DNA of 64,000 bases from positions 16,810 through 80,809 of the IMG/VR virus record IMGVR_UViG_2872728642_000001; one strand, given 5' to 3'. The stretch is from a virus (taxonomy: Duplodnaviria; Caudoviricetes). Positions 36,625-45,762 of the stretch are shown here, piece after piece. The notes under the pieces are model-generated. The model was not told the origin of the DNA. It saw only the letters and a list, made by a program, of their open reading frames with translations, and did not search any database. Numbering within the stretch: position 1 is the stretch's first letter; the number at the start of each line of letters is the position of its first letter. The translations under genes were made by a program, and so were the position numbers.

Positions 36625-37119
36625 GTGATATTGCCGTCCCCCACGCTACTGGCTGCCCTATCAACGGCGCCGCTCCCGCAGCCGTTCACCCTGGATGCTT
36701 TCATCGCTCGAATCCGGGCCGTACGGAAGCGCCCCCTGCACATGCTCGACCTGCCCGCCGAGGCCGCCAGCGCCGTATCCGGGATATGGGTCGCGACGAC
36801 GAAGGCCGACCACATCTTCGTCGCTCCCGGTGCCGCCGGGCTGCTGCGTGTCAACATCGTCTTGCATGAGGTCTCCCACATGCTTCTCGGCCACGGCAAG
36901 GTCGGCGGTGATGTCGAGGAGGCCATGCGCCGACTCCTCGGGCTCTCGGTGACGGGAATGGCAGCACGCAGCCGATACGAGACCGTCGAGGAGCGCGACG
37001 CCGAGAAGCTCGCCACGCTCATCCTGACGCGCGCCCACACCCCGCCCGAAGGCGGCGACGAGGGCCTGCGCAAGATCGGCAAAACATTCGGATACGACCT
37101 TGGAGGCGACGACGCGTGA
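36625..37119 (+). CDS. ImmA/IrrE-like HExxH metallopeptidase
   Basis: 'IVLHEVSHMLLGH', 'SGIWV', 'RSRYETVEERDAE'. Confidence 0.85.
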   Translation: MILPSPTLLAALSTAPLPQPFTLDAFIARIRAVRKRPLHMLDLPAEAASAVSGIWVATTKADHIFVAPGAAGLLRVNIVLHEVSHMLLGHGKVGGDVEEAMRRLLGLSVTGMAARSRYETVEERDAEKLATLILTRAHTPPEGGDEGLRKIGKTFGYDLGGDDA

Positions 37120-38222
37120 GCGTTGTGGACTGGATTGCCCTCGTGCTGCTGTGGGGGGCGTCGATCTCCCGCATACGGTCCGCCCGGCATTCATTCGAGC
37201 AGCGAATGCTGTGGGCCGCGTTTACTGCCCTCGCTTTATCCAGGGTGTTCTCAGCGGCACCCGTTGTCGAATGGATGGACACCACCACTGGCACCGAGTT
37301 GGCTACTCTGCTCCGCCACGTCACCGGCCTAGCCTCAGCGGCGTGTTTGCTGGCGTATGTAGAGGCGATCACCCGCCGGGATCGGCCGTCCCGGGCTCGC
37401 TGGGTCTGGCCGACCGCGCTGGCCGTCATTGTCTTGCTGTTCGTGATGTTTCTTTCGCGCGGGGGCCGCATCTACTGGGCGGACGGCGCGACCGGACCCG
37501 GGGAAACCGCCATTCAGGGCCGCATCTACCTGGTTGCGTTCGACGCGTGGCTGATGACGTGCGGATGCGCCGCGGCTTGGATGTTCGCCCAGCATGCGCG
37601 GCTTGCACCGCCGCTCCTGCGGTTCGGGCTGATCTTGTCCACCATCGGGAACCTCGCCGGCGTGGTCAACCGTGGCCACGTCATGGTGGTGAACGTGGCG
37701 CACCTGATCAACCCGGCCACCACCTGGCGGGAAATCCTGGTGCTGCACAAGACGTCGTTCCTCATCTGCATCGTGTTCATCACGGCGGGCACGTCAATTC
37801 CAGCCTGGCGCGCAGCGACCACCCGCCTGCGGCAACGGGCCGAACTGCGGGAACTGCAGCCCCTGTGGGAGGCGATCGTCCGCCAGTACCCAACCGTGTC
37901 GCTCGGTATGAAGGGCTCACTGCAGACCCGTCTCGTGCGCCGAATGGTGGAGATCCAGGACGGGATGCTGAACCTCACTTCGGTCCACGAACCGCCTGCG
38001 AACGGCGATCCCGCCGAGGTGGCCCAGTGGGTTGCCGAGGCATTGAAAGCCGCCCGCGCCGGTCAAGAGTCGGGGGTGCCGACTGGACGGATCCCTGGTC
38101 CGGATCTCACTGGCGAAGAAGACAGCACGGACAAGGTGAGCAGGGAGGCGGCATGGCTGCGTCAGGTCTCGGCACAGTTCAAGAAGATCAGCGCCGAGAG
38201 AGCCGCACAGCTCGCGTCTTGA
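37116..38222 (+). CDS. MAB_1171c-type multi-pass membrane protein (DUF6545-like C-domain)
   Basis: ~7 TM helices, then 'LQPLWEAI...P', 'RLVRRMVEIQDGML', 'EAAWLRQVS'. Confidence 0.8.
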   Translation: MSVVDWIALVLLWGASISRIRSARHSFEQRMLWAAFTALALSRVFSAAPVVEWMDTTTGTELATLLRHVTGLASAACLLAYVEAITRRDRPSRARWVWPTALAVIVLLFVMFLSRGGRIYWADGATGPGETAIQGRIYLVAFDAWLMTCGCAAAWMFAQHARLAPPLLRFGLILSTIGNLAGVVNRGHVMVVNVAHLINPATTWREILVLHKTSFLICIVFITAGTSIPAWRAATTRLRQRAELRELQPLWEAIVRQYPTVSLGMKGSLQTRLVRRMVEIQDGMLNLTSVHEPPANGDPAEVAQWVAEALKAARAGQESGVPTGRIPGPDLTGEEDSTDKVSREAAWLRQVSAQFKKISAERAAQLAS

Positions 38223-38550
38223 CGAAGCTTTTCGTAACCGCACATCTGCTGTAGGCCGGAACGTCCCCTGCTTGATCCTGCCAGCACCACTGCGAGTGCT
38301 CGCTGTCGGCGCCGTCGTGGTGGCGTTGATCGGATGGGCTCGCACGGAGATCCGCGACCACACGCCTGCTCAGGTGCTCGCGCGTACCGCGACCGGGGCG
38401 GCGGCCACCTGGGCGACGCTCGTAATTTTGCTGTGAGACGTTAAATCGGCGTCCGACGTCAACCATAGCCAGTACAAGATCGTCATACCATTAACGATTC
38501 TTGATGCCGACGCACTGCGGAGGCGCAACGAGAGGTAATGGGACTAGATC

Positions 38551-38787
38551 ATGACACGAGCGATGGCAGCAATCGCGCTGGTCTTTGTCGTGGGCACGGT
38601 GACGTTTGCGGTGTTTCTCGTCCATGCCGTCGGGTCCCGTGAAGTCGAGGGCCTAGACGTGGCCTTCATGGTGGCGGCCGGGCTAATCGTCGCTGTCAGC
38701 GCGCTGGCGGCTGTGCGCCGGCGCCCCGCAGCGTCAATCGTCGATGTTTACGCGATGGATGGCGGATACGAGCGCGTCGAGCGTTGA
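38551..38787 (+). CDS. Small 2-TM membrane protein
   Basis: Two hydrophobic helices. Confidence 0.5.
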   Translation: MTRAMAAIALVFVVGTVTFAVFLVHAVGSREVEGLDVAFMVAAGLIVAVSALAAVRRRPAASIVDVYAMDGGYERVER

Positions 38788-38865
38788 GAAACACATGGAG
38801 CCGGACAGGTCACAATCTGCCCGGCTCCATGCCCGTAATCGCAAACGCGGACACAACCCCGCAGG

Positions 38866-39351
38866 TCAACGGATATTCGGCCATTTATCGCGGCTTGTGA
38901 CGAACGTTCCGATCGCGGGCACGGTGTATACCCATCCCTGCTCACGGAGCAAAGCCACGGCGGCACTGGCGGTCTTCTTGGCCACGCCGTACTGCTCGAT
39001 CAACTCCAACTGCGAGGGCAGCACCTGATCCGGCCCGTAGTCACCCCGCTTGATGCCCTCTGCGAGGTCGGCGGCGATCTTCTCGAACTCACGCGGCTCG
39101 CGGATCTGCGGAGCGTCGCGCGGTCCGACGTAGGAGCCATCGGCACGGATGGTGTAGATGACGTCTGCCTCGCGCAGCACCTCCAGGGCTCTGCGCACTG
39201 TCAGCCGTGACGCCTGGTGGGTCGCGCACATTTCGGCTTCCGTGAGGAGTGCCTGGCCGGGCTTAAGTTTGCCGGCGGCGATGTCGTCCTTGATGGCGTT
39301 GACGATCACCTGGTAGATCGGCACTGGACCCCGTGGGCCTCGCTTCGTCAT
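38866..39351 (-). CDS. Tandem double GntR wHTH regulator
   Basis: Two GntR domains: 'IYQVIVNAIKDDIAAGKLKPG..L.TEAEMC...SRLTVRRAL' and 'FEKIAADL..GIKRGDYGPD..LPSQLEL...GVAKKTA..A'. Confidence 0.85.
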   Translation of the reverse strand: MTKRGPRGPVPIYQVIVNAIKDDIAAGKLKPGQALLTEAEMCATHQASRLTVRRALEVLREADVIYTIRADGSYVGPRDAPQIREPREFEKIAADLAEGIKRGDYGPDQVLPSQLELIEQYGVAKKTASAAVALLREQGWVYTVPAIGTFVTSRDKWPNIR

Positions 39352-39430
39352 GGCCGAAGTATACATACCGGGAACCTTTATAGACATTAGGGGTCTGCCG
39401 ATCGGGCGGGAAGGCGACGAGCCGAAGACT

Positions 39431-39466
39431 GGGGAGCCCCGGCGCCAAACGGCACCGGGGCTCCCC
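39431..39466 (-). terminator. Stem-loop ending the accessory-arm operon
   Basis: 12-bp IR GGGGAGCCCCGG/CCGGGGCTCCCC. Confidence 0.55.
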
Positions 39467-39528
39467 GCGTATTTGTGCAGATACGCGCGACCAGCTTACG
39501 CCGGGCCGCCCGTCAGCATCGCCTACCG

Positions 39529-39732
39529 TCAGGCAGACCCGTCCTGTTCGATCTGCTTCCACACCTTGGCGCCGGTCTCGACCAGATCGTCCTCGTTCTC
39601 GAAGTGGTCAAGGGCCCACCACAACGTGTTGAACTTGAGGTCGGCGGCGGCACAGACCGCCGCGCCGAGCTTGAAGAGGTCGCGCGCCTGATCGTCGGTG
39701 ACGCCAAGGTGGCTGAAGTCAACGGCCATCAC
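39529..39732 (-). CDS. Hypothetical protein (67 aa)
   Basis: Coupled ORF. Confidence 0.55.
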   Translation of the reverse strand: MMAVDFSHLGVTDDQARDLFKLGAAVCAAADLKFNTLWWALDHFENEDDLVETGAKVWKQIEQDGSA

Positions 39733-39944
39733 TTTTCACTGCCCTGCGCGGGCTCGCGCCCGGCCGGCTGGTCGGCGGCCAGCTCGGTGACCCAGTTGCC
39801 CATGACGAGCATCGCGACCAGGCCCAGACCGAGGATCCACGTGATCAGGCCGGTGTCCTTCATCAGATAGGCGAAGGTGAGCCACATCGCCAGCATGAGC
39901 AGCAGCGCGACGAGGCAGACGACGACGCGGATGGTGGGCTTCAT
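39729..39944 (-). CDS. Small 2-TM membrane protein
   Basis: RBS GAAAGGAA; two TM helices. Confidence 0.6.
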   Translation of the reverse strand: MKPTIRVVVCLVALLLMLAMWLTFAYLMKDTGLITWILGLGLVAMLVMGNWVTELAADQPAGREPAQGSEK

Positions 39945-39994
39945 GAGGGGGTTCCTTTCGGTGGAGGTGGGGATGGAGAGATTGTCGTGCGCGC

Positions 39995-40324
39995 TCACGC
40001 CTGCCTCCGGGTGTAGGCCAGGCATGAACCCTTGGAGCAGGTGGGCAGCGGCTCCCGCCCTGCGAGCTTGCGCAGTGCGGGGATAAACGGCTGGAGGTAC
40101 CAGATGGACGCCTCGATCAGGACCTGCAGCGCGCCGCCGACGGGGCCCATGACGTCGTAGACCATGGCGTCCTGCTTGACGTGCCTGCGCTCGTCGCGGC
40201 AGCCCTGGCACAGGTCGATCGGGTCGCAGGTGGTGATGAGGGACCACCGCTTGAGGATGCGCGGCGCGGTGTGGGCGACGCCGACCGCCCAGATCAGGGA
40301 CAAGACGTCCCACGAGGAGATCAC
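39995..40324 (-). CDS. Hypothetical protein (109 aa, CxxC motifs)
   Basis: Coupled ORF. Confidence 0.55.
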   Translation of the reverse strand: MISSWDVLSLIWAVGVAHTAPRILKRWSLITTCDPIDLCQGCRDERRHVKQDAMVYDVMGPVGGALQVLIEASIWYLQPFIPALRKLAGREPLPTCSKGSCLAYTRRQA

Positions 40325-40719
40325 TGCGGCCGCATCTCGTATGGCGTCAGCCCGTACCGGGTACTGAGCGTGCGGACGATCTCGATGGCCACGCGCCGGT
40401 CTTCGGCCTCGTCGTAGTCCTCAGGGTGGCTGTAGATCGGCTGGTCCTCGTCGTCGTATTCGAGGTCGAACAGCTCGGGCCGGTTGGGCATGTGGAGTTC
40501 CCAGGTGCCGCCGTAGTGGTCGGCGTCCCTCCGGGCTTCATCTCGGACTTCCTGCACCTCGACCCAGGCTCGGGTGAGGGTGAGGGCGTTCTCGTACTGC
40601 CCCTCGACGGCGGTGGCCTGGACGGATGCGGTTTCGGCCGACTCGCCGGGCTTGGCGCACAGCAGTCCGGCCACCTGGGCGATCTCGTCGCGAGTGATGT
40701 AGCCAGAGATGCTGGTCAT
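40321..40719 (-). CDS. Hypothetical acidic protein (132 aa)
   Basis: Coupled to the exonuclease stop. Confidence 0.6.
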   Translation of the reverse strand: MTSISGYITRDEIAQVAGLLCAKPGESAETASVQATAVEGQYENALTLTRAWVEVQEVRDEARRDADHYGGTWELHMPNRPELFDLEYDDEDQPIYSHPEDYDEAEDRRVAIEIVRTLSTRYGLTPYEMRPQ

Positions 40720-41420
40720 CGGCTGCACCGGATCGCGTCGTACACATCGCGGTCGAGGCGGGCGTCCCCGAGCGCGGTGTGCTTGGTGCCCGCGTCCTGG
40801 GCGACGCCAACGATCTCCCAGGACGGGCTGTCCATGTAGCCGCCCAGCCAGTCCTCAACGTACGGCACGGCCTCGGCTCCGAACGCCTCGTCCACCTTGC
40901 CGTCGTAGGCGGACAGTCGGCCGTCTACGTAGCCGATCAGCAGGGCGCGGATGTCGATCATGCGGTGGTGGGCGGTGAGGAGCTGCCCGTTGGCCCGCAG
41001 GAACTTGTCCACGAACTTCCGGTCGTGGGTCGGGTTGTTGGCGACGATGGTGGCACCGTCCAGCTCTCGGGCGATCGTGGCGGCGATGCTTCCGGCGCTG
41101 GCCTGCATGTACCAGTCGCCCTCTGCCGGGGGCTCGCCGGTGTACTCGTGGATCCACGGACTGCCGAGGTTGATGGCGGGCGAGAGCTTCCGGCCAGCGC
41201 CGATGGGCGAGCGCCTGACGCGGCACCGCTCGTAGTACCGGCCGACCTTCAGGGCGTTGGGGTCGGCGAGCGTCAGGTCCGGGCGGACCTGCCACCAGTG
41301 TTCGATGTCGGTCCTGATCGGCTGGCGCAGGTCACGCATGATGAGGCCGATCTCCCAAAGGTCGCCGTGGCGTTCGTCGAGGGAGGTCGTTTCAAGGTCG
41401 AGGAAGGCGAGTTTCTTCAC
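40716..41420 (-). CDS. DEDDh 3'-5' exonuclease
   Basis: ExoI 'FLDLETT', ExoII 'NNPTHD', ExoIII 'HTALGDA'. Confidence 0.88.
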   Translation of the reverse strand: MKKLAFLDLETTSLDERHGDLWEIGLIMRDLRQPIRTDIEHWWQVRPDLTLADPNALKVGRYYERCRVRRSPIGAGRKLSPAINLGSPWIHEYTGEPPAEGDWYMQASAGSIAATIARELDGATIVANNPTHDRKFVDKFLRANGQLLTAHHRMIDIRALLIGYVDGRLSAYDGKVDEAFGAEAVPYVEDWLGGYMDSPSWEIVGVAQDAGTKHTALGDARLDRDVYDAIRCSR

Positions 41421-41473
41421 GTGCTTCTCCCGTGTGAGGGGGGAGCTTCCCCGCCCGGGCGGGCGAGGAAGCT

Positions 41474-41494
41474 GATTGTGTTAGCGCTTTTAGC
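41474..41494 (-). promoter_or_regulatory. 21-bp operator-like motif copy
   Basis: GATTGTGTTAGCGCTTTTAGC on +. Confidence 0.55.
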
Positions 41495-41849
41495 GGAGAT
41501 AACCAGGGCCTTTGTCGCCGCCGTGCATGCGAACTCGGAACTCTTCCTCGGACGTGAGGGCGAGCGCGGGAAGCGTTTCGATCCCCTCGCGCCTGGCCTT
41601 CCAGATGCGGTGCCAGCCGTCGATGGGGATGTTCCCGGTACCCTCGAAGGGGACGAGGATCAGGGGACGGGTCAGGTCCACGGTGGCGGCGTGGGCCTTA
41701 TTGACGTAGACCAGCCACAGCAGCGCGGCGGCCCTTTCTACCTGGATGCAGTCGGGCTCGCGGCCCTCGACGATGCGCATGGCGGCGGTGACGTTCCATG
41801 CGTAGAAGCCGAGGCGGAACGTCTCTCGCACACGTTGCTGCCCGGTCAC
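41490..41849 (-). CDS. Minimal ParB/Srx-like protein
   Basis: 'DLTRPLILV...IPIDGWHRIWKA...G..TLPA'. Confidence 0.6.
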   Translation of the reverse strand: MTGQQRVRETFRLGFYAWNVTAAMRIVEGREPDCIQVERAAALLWLVYVNKAHAATVDLTRPLILVPFEGTGNIPIDGWHRIWKARREGIETLPALALTSEEEFRVRMHGGDKGPGYLR

Positions 41850-42331
41850 GCCCACTTCTCTTCCTCGATGGCGTCGGTGAGGCTGTTGATGAGCCCCAGA
41901 GCCTCTTCGAGGGTGATCCTTTCGAGACTGCCCTCGACGGTGCGACTGCCGGGCAGGGCGGCGATCTCGATGATGTTGCTGCCGTCCGCACGGAGGACTG
42001 CGACGGGCGAGCCTGCGCAGGTGTACTCGTGCGGTTCGGGCGTGGGCAGGAGGACCCAGCCTTCGGCGTCGTGCTCCTTCCAGGTGGTTTCGAGGAAGTC
42101 GGGCAGCGGTCCGTCCAACGTGTCCGAGTAGATGTCCGCGAGGCACAGCACGTCCACGTCGTCGTAGTAGTCGTGGTTGGCGAAGAAGTCGGCCGGAGCC
42201 TCTGTCCCCCAGAAGTGGGTCTGGAAGACGGGGCCGATCTCGTCGGGCCGGGCGTTGGGGATGATCTCGTAGTGCTTGATTTCGATCTGGCCGTTGTTGG
42301 GGTTGGTGCGGGTGTAGAGCCGGGTTTCCAT
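41846..42331 (-). CDS. Hypothetical acidic protein (161 aa)
   Basis: ORF with GAAGG RBS. Confidence 0.6.
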   Translation of the reverse strand: METRLYTRTNPNNGQIEIKHYEIIPNARPDEIGPVFQTHFWGTEAPADFFANHDYYDDVDVLCLADIYSDTLDGPLPDFLETTWKEHDAEGWVLLPTPEPHEYTCAGSPVAVLRADGSNIIEIAALPGSRTVEGSLERITLEEALGLINSLTDAIEEEKWA

Positions 42332-42573
42332 GCGAACGCCCTTCGGGTTGCAGTGTTGGTGCCGGTAGCGGCGTGCCACCAGGTTGCGTAAGAAAATGAT
42401 CATGCGCATTGCGATCACTCTTATATTACATTAAGTAGGGCGATATGGATAACTAGGAGGGTTGCACTTGTGAGCTTGGGAAATGAGCAGCAGGGGACGC
42501 TACACGCGACACGCGCGACACGGACCCCGTACGGTGAGATCAAACGCCACAGCACAGCCACAGGAAGCCACAC

Positions 42574-43107
42574 ATGTCGCACACCCCGGAGCCGTCGCAG
42601 GACTCGCACCTCGCCCTGTTCGATGACCTCACCACCGAGCAGCAGCAAGAAGCGGGGCCGCAATCAACACGCCGATCTGGGTCACGGCGGGTTCGAGCAG
42701 TCCGATGGACCGGCCTCGCCCCCACTAGCATCTACCTGTACCAGCACCTCGACGACCGCCTCACCACGGCTCTTGAAGAAGACGGTCGGGGTCCGCAAGA
42801 AGCTTGGGAGCTGGCGATCAACGCGTACTGCGACGCGCTGCAGCCGCCCATCAAGACCGAGTTTCCTGAACCGATCAAGAAGGCCGACCTCGCGCTGCCG
42901 CGCGACCCCAGCCAGATGCCCGGCACACCTCGCGCATACCCCGTCGCGCCCCTTGCCACGGTCCGGCTCAAGCGGAACACGAGGGCCAGGCTCGCCGCCG
43001 CGTGCAGACAGGAAGCGATGGGCGGAATGGCCGTCCTCAACGACGCCATGGAGGCATACCTCGACGAGCGCGACCTGGTCAATGTGGACGAGGACGACTC
43101 CGAGTAA
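42574..43107 (+). CDS. Putative tandem ribbon-helix-helix protein
   Basis: Two beta-alpha-alpha segments ('TSIYLYQHLDDRL...AWELAINAY', 'ATVRLKRNTRARL...VLNDAMEAYL'). Confidence 0.5.
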   Translation: MSHTPEPSQDSHLALFDDLTTEQQQEAGPQSTRRSGSRRVRAVRWTGLAPTSIYLYQHLDDRLTTALEEDGRGPQEAWELAINAYCDALQPPIKTEFPEPIKKADLALPRDPSQMPGTPRAYPVAPLATVRLKRNTRARLAAACRQEAMGGMAVLNDAMEAYLDERDLVNVDEDDSE

Positions 43108-43120
43108 CTGAGCCGCTGCC

Positions 43121-43708
43121 TCATCCACGCCAGCGGCGCTGTCGCTCTCCGGCCGTCCCCGCGGGCATGCTGAAGCCGTAGTCGGCGGCCTTGCTGCGCC
43201 AGCGTTCAAGGGTCTTCTCCGGGTTCGCGGCGGGCCGGTTCTCCTGCACGTACTCCTTCAGGGTGCGCCGGAAGTTCGGGTCGTCGAACCGCTGCTTGAG
43301 ACGTCCGAGCTGCTCGGCGTCGAGCGGGTCCGGCTTGCCGACGTCGAGGGACTGCGCGAGCAGCGCGTGCCCCTCTGCGTCCGGCAGCAGCCCTTCCTCG
43401 GGCCGGCAGCCGTACGGGCACGGCATCGACTCGACCGCGCCCCAGAGGTGACAGGACATCGGCCGGACGTCGTACACGCTGCACTGCCCGTCCTTCAGCG
43501 CAGGACAGGTGTAGTCGCCGGTCTCGATGAGCTGGGCCAGCGCGTCCCGGTGGTGCGGAATCTTCACGCCTCGCTCCCGGATTCGCTGGTGCTCGCGCGG
43601 GTTCATCCCGACCGGGCCGCAGCTATCGACGCACAAGCCCTTGCAGCCTGGCTGCGGCACCGCGGCGTACAGCTCGTCGAGGGCGGCGTCCATGTCAGAT
43701 CGCTTCAC
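43121..43708 (-). CDS. YkgJ / CxxCxxCC-type Fe-S or Zn cluster protein
   Basis: 'CKGLCVDSC', 'CPALKDGQCSVYDVRPMSCHLW'. Confidence 0.85.
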   Translation of the reverse strand: MKRSDMDAALDELYAAVPQPGCKGLCVDSCGPVGMNPREHQRIRERGVKIPHHRDALAQLIETGDYTCPALKDGQCSVYDVRPMSCHLWGAVESMPCPYGCRPEEGLLPDAEGHALLAQSLDVGKPDPLDAEQLGRLKQRFDDPNFRRTLKEYVQENRPAANPEKTLERWRSKAADYGFSMPAGTAGERQRRWRG

Positions 43709-43776
43709 GTGGTGTCCTTCGCAAATGGAAACGTCGGCGGTCCGCGCCCCCGCAGCGGACCGCCGACGAGCTGGTG

Positions 43777-44055
43777 TTACTTGTTGACGGCGGCCTTGAC
43801 CTTCGTGGCCGCCTTGAACCGCATGACCCACTTGCCGGGCACCTCGACCACCTCGTTGGTGTTCGGGTTCCGGCGGGCCGTGGCCTTGTGATAGCTGCGG
43901 TCGAACACGCCGAGCCCGCCGACGCGGGCCTCACCACCGGCGGCGACGGTGCCGACGATGATGTCGATGAACGCCTGGACGCCCCGCGCCGCGGCGGCGC
44001 GGGACGGCGCGTTGGTCCGCTGGCGGAACTCCTCGATGATGTCTGCCTTGTTCAC
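43777..44055 (-). CDS. hup: HU-family histone-like DNA-binding protein
   Basis: 'NKADII', 'GLGVF', 'RRNPNTNEVVEVP', 'FKAATKVKAAV'. Confidence 0.92.
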   Translation of the reverse strand: MNKADIIEEFRQRTNAPSRAAAARGVQAFIDIIVGTVAAGGEARVGGLGVFDRSYHKATARRNPNTNEVVEVPGKWVMRFKAATKVKAAVNK

Positions 44056-44413
44056 GCTGCACTCCCCCGAGAGTGACGATGGATTGACACGAGACCGTAG
44101 AGTACGCGCCAGACGCATATGACACATCATTCGCGCCAGTTGCGCAACCGTGAGCGCTCTACCGGCTCCACAGGGCACGGGTTCCCATTGCTGCCGATCT
44201 GCCTACTGCGGGCGAGAGAGTTGGCCCTAGTCAGGCCAGAACCTCTTCTGCGCGATGATGCGGCATCCCACCACACAGGCTGACGCCACCGGGCGTATCG
44301 ACCAGCAACAGGCCGTTGCGTATCACTCCATCGACTCGTCGACAGTCGTAACGATGTGACGCCTGGCCGCGACACACAAAGTGGCCAGTTTTCCTAGCAA
44401 GGTGGTGGCCAAG

Positions 44414-45430
44414 ATGGGAAGCGTTGTTTTAGATCTCGCCGTTAGCCTCGTCGCAGCCTTTGTGATCCTTTCGCTGGTGGTGTACGGAATCAGCGAGGCA
44501 ATATTCGCAGCGTTCTCCACACGCCCCAAATTTCTGTGGGCATACTTACGCGACACTCTAGATGGCGGAATTGCTACCGGCGAAGGCTGGCTACCAGTCT
44601 CCACGGCCAGCACCGTTCGCATCTTGCGCTTCACCAGGGATCCGCGCCCAGCGTATTCAGACGAGCCTCCGCCGCCTTTGCCTGATGCGTCCAAACTCCC
44701 CAACTGCACGTTCACCGAGCTACTATACGAGCGCATTCGCGAAATGGACCATGCTAGAGGCAGGCGTACCAGCATTAGTCACATTCCAGCTAAGCGCTTC
44801 GCCTTAGCGATCAGCGAAATTTCTGAGGCTTTCAGTAGCGTGGAACAGATGCTCGATTCTATGAAAGCCAGGCACAGTCCAGCGCATGCGCCGTTAAGTG
44901 CACTCTGGGCAGGCTCGCAAGGCGACTACGATCGGTTCCAGCGAGGAGTAGAAGAGTGGTTCGTGGCCGAGATGCAGCAGTTGAACAGGCTTTATCGCCG
45001 CCACACCCGGGGCCCGTTGATGGTGCTCAGTACACTACTGACAATTTTCTTTACAATAGACTCATTTGAATACGTCCAAGCAATTATCGACGATAACGCC
45101 CTCCGAAGCCTGCTATCTGCTAACGACACAATCGCCGAACCGCTTGCCGCAAGGTGCCGCCTAGAAGAGGGCGGATCCTACTGCCTCAGCCAACCACCGA
45201 TCATCCAGGTATTCGGCAATGCACCGATCAGCATGTCGTTCTCTACTGGCCCGCCAACTGCACACTGGAACGGCGTAGAGTGGATGGAGCGACTTATCAC
45301 TCCTCCTCACTGGTTAGGCTTTATTGCGACAATCGTAGCCCTTATGTTCGGGGCTCCCTTTTGGTGGGACCGGCTCATGTCGGCCATCGGCCTCGGAGGG
45401 GCAAATACTGAAAAAGCCTCCACGTTTTGA
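44414..45430 (+). CDS. AT-richer membrane protein (moron, unknown function)
   Basis: N-terminal TM 'VLDLAVSLVAAFVILSL', C-terminal 'GFIATIVALMFGAPFWWDRL'; visibly lower GC and opposite strand. Confidence 0.75.
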   Translation: MGSVVLDLAVSLVAAFVILSLVVYGISEAIFAAFSTRPKFLWAYLRDTLDGGIATGEGWLPVSTASTVRILRFTRDPRPAYSDEPPPPLPDASKLPNCTFTELLYERIREMDHARGRRTSISHIPAKRFALAISEISEAFSSVEQMLDSMKARHSPAHAPLSALWAGSQGDYDRFQRGVEEWFVAEMQQLNRLYRRHTRGPLMVLSTLLTIFFTIDSFEYVQAIIDDNALRSLLSANDTIAEPLAARCRLEEGGSYCLSQPPIIQVFGNAPISMSFSTGPPTAHWNGVEWMERLITPPHWLGFIATIVALMFGAPFWWDRLMSAIGLGGANTEKASTF

Positions 45431-45473
45431 TCGATGCGGCATGGACAGAGCGTTTAGCCGCGTGCGACTTCCT

Positions 45474-45749
45474 TTAATGAGCCCATATGTGGCCGTCGAT
45501 GAGCGCGCGGGCCTGCTCGTACGCTTCGTCCACGGTGATGCTGTAGTTCTGGGCGACGATGAGGTCCACCAAGTCGTTGACCGCGCGGGCGGCGTCCCAC
45601 GCGGACACAGTCTGCACGGCCTGGTCGTCGGATTCGGCGGCGAGCGCGGCGAAGCCGATCTCCTTGACCGCCTTGTCGGTAGCGTCCTGCAGCAGGGCGC
45701 GCCTGCACTGGTCGAGCGGTTCACGGCAGTGGAAGCACATAACGGACAT
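45474..45749 (-). CDS. Hypothetical protein (91 aa, CxxC-x5-C)
   Basis: ORF after the TGT-like gene. Confidence 0.55.
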   Translation of the reverse strand: MSVMCFHCREPLDQCRRALLQDATDKAVKEIGFAALAAESDDQAVQTVSAWDAARAVNDLVDLIVAQNYSITVDEAYEQARALIDGHIWAH

Positions 45750-45762
45750 CAGAGGGCCCCTT

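Noticed and set aside
36151-37119. Classical type II toxin-antitoxin pair
   Set aside because: The HExxH protein fits ImmA/IrrE regulators and is coupled to a membrane gene; no toxin nuclease motif
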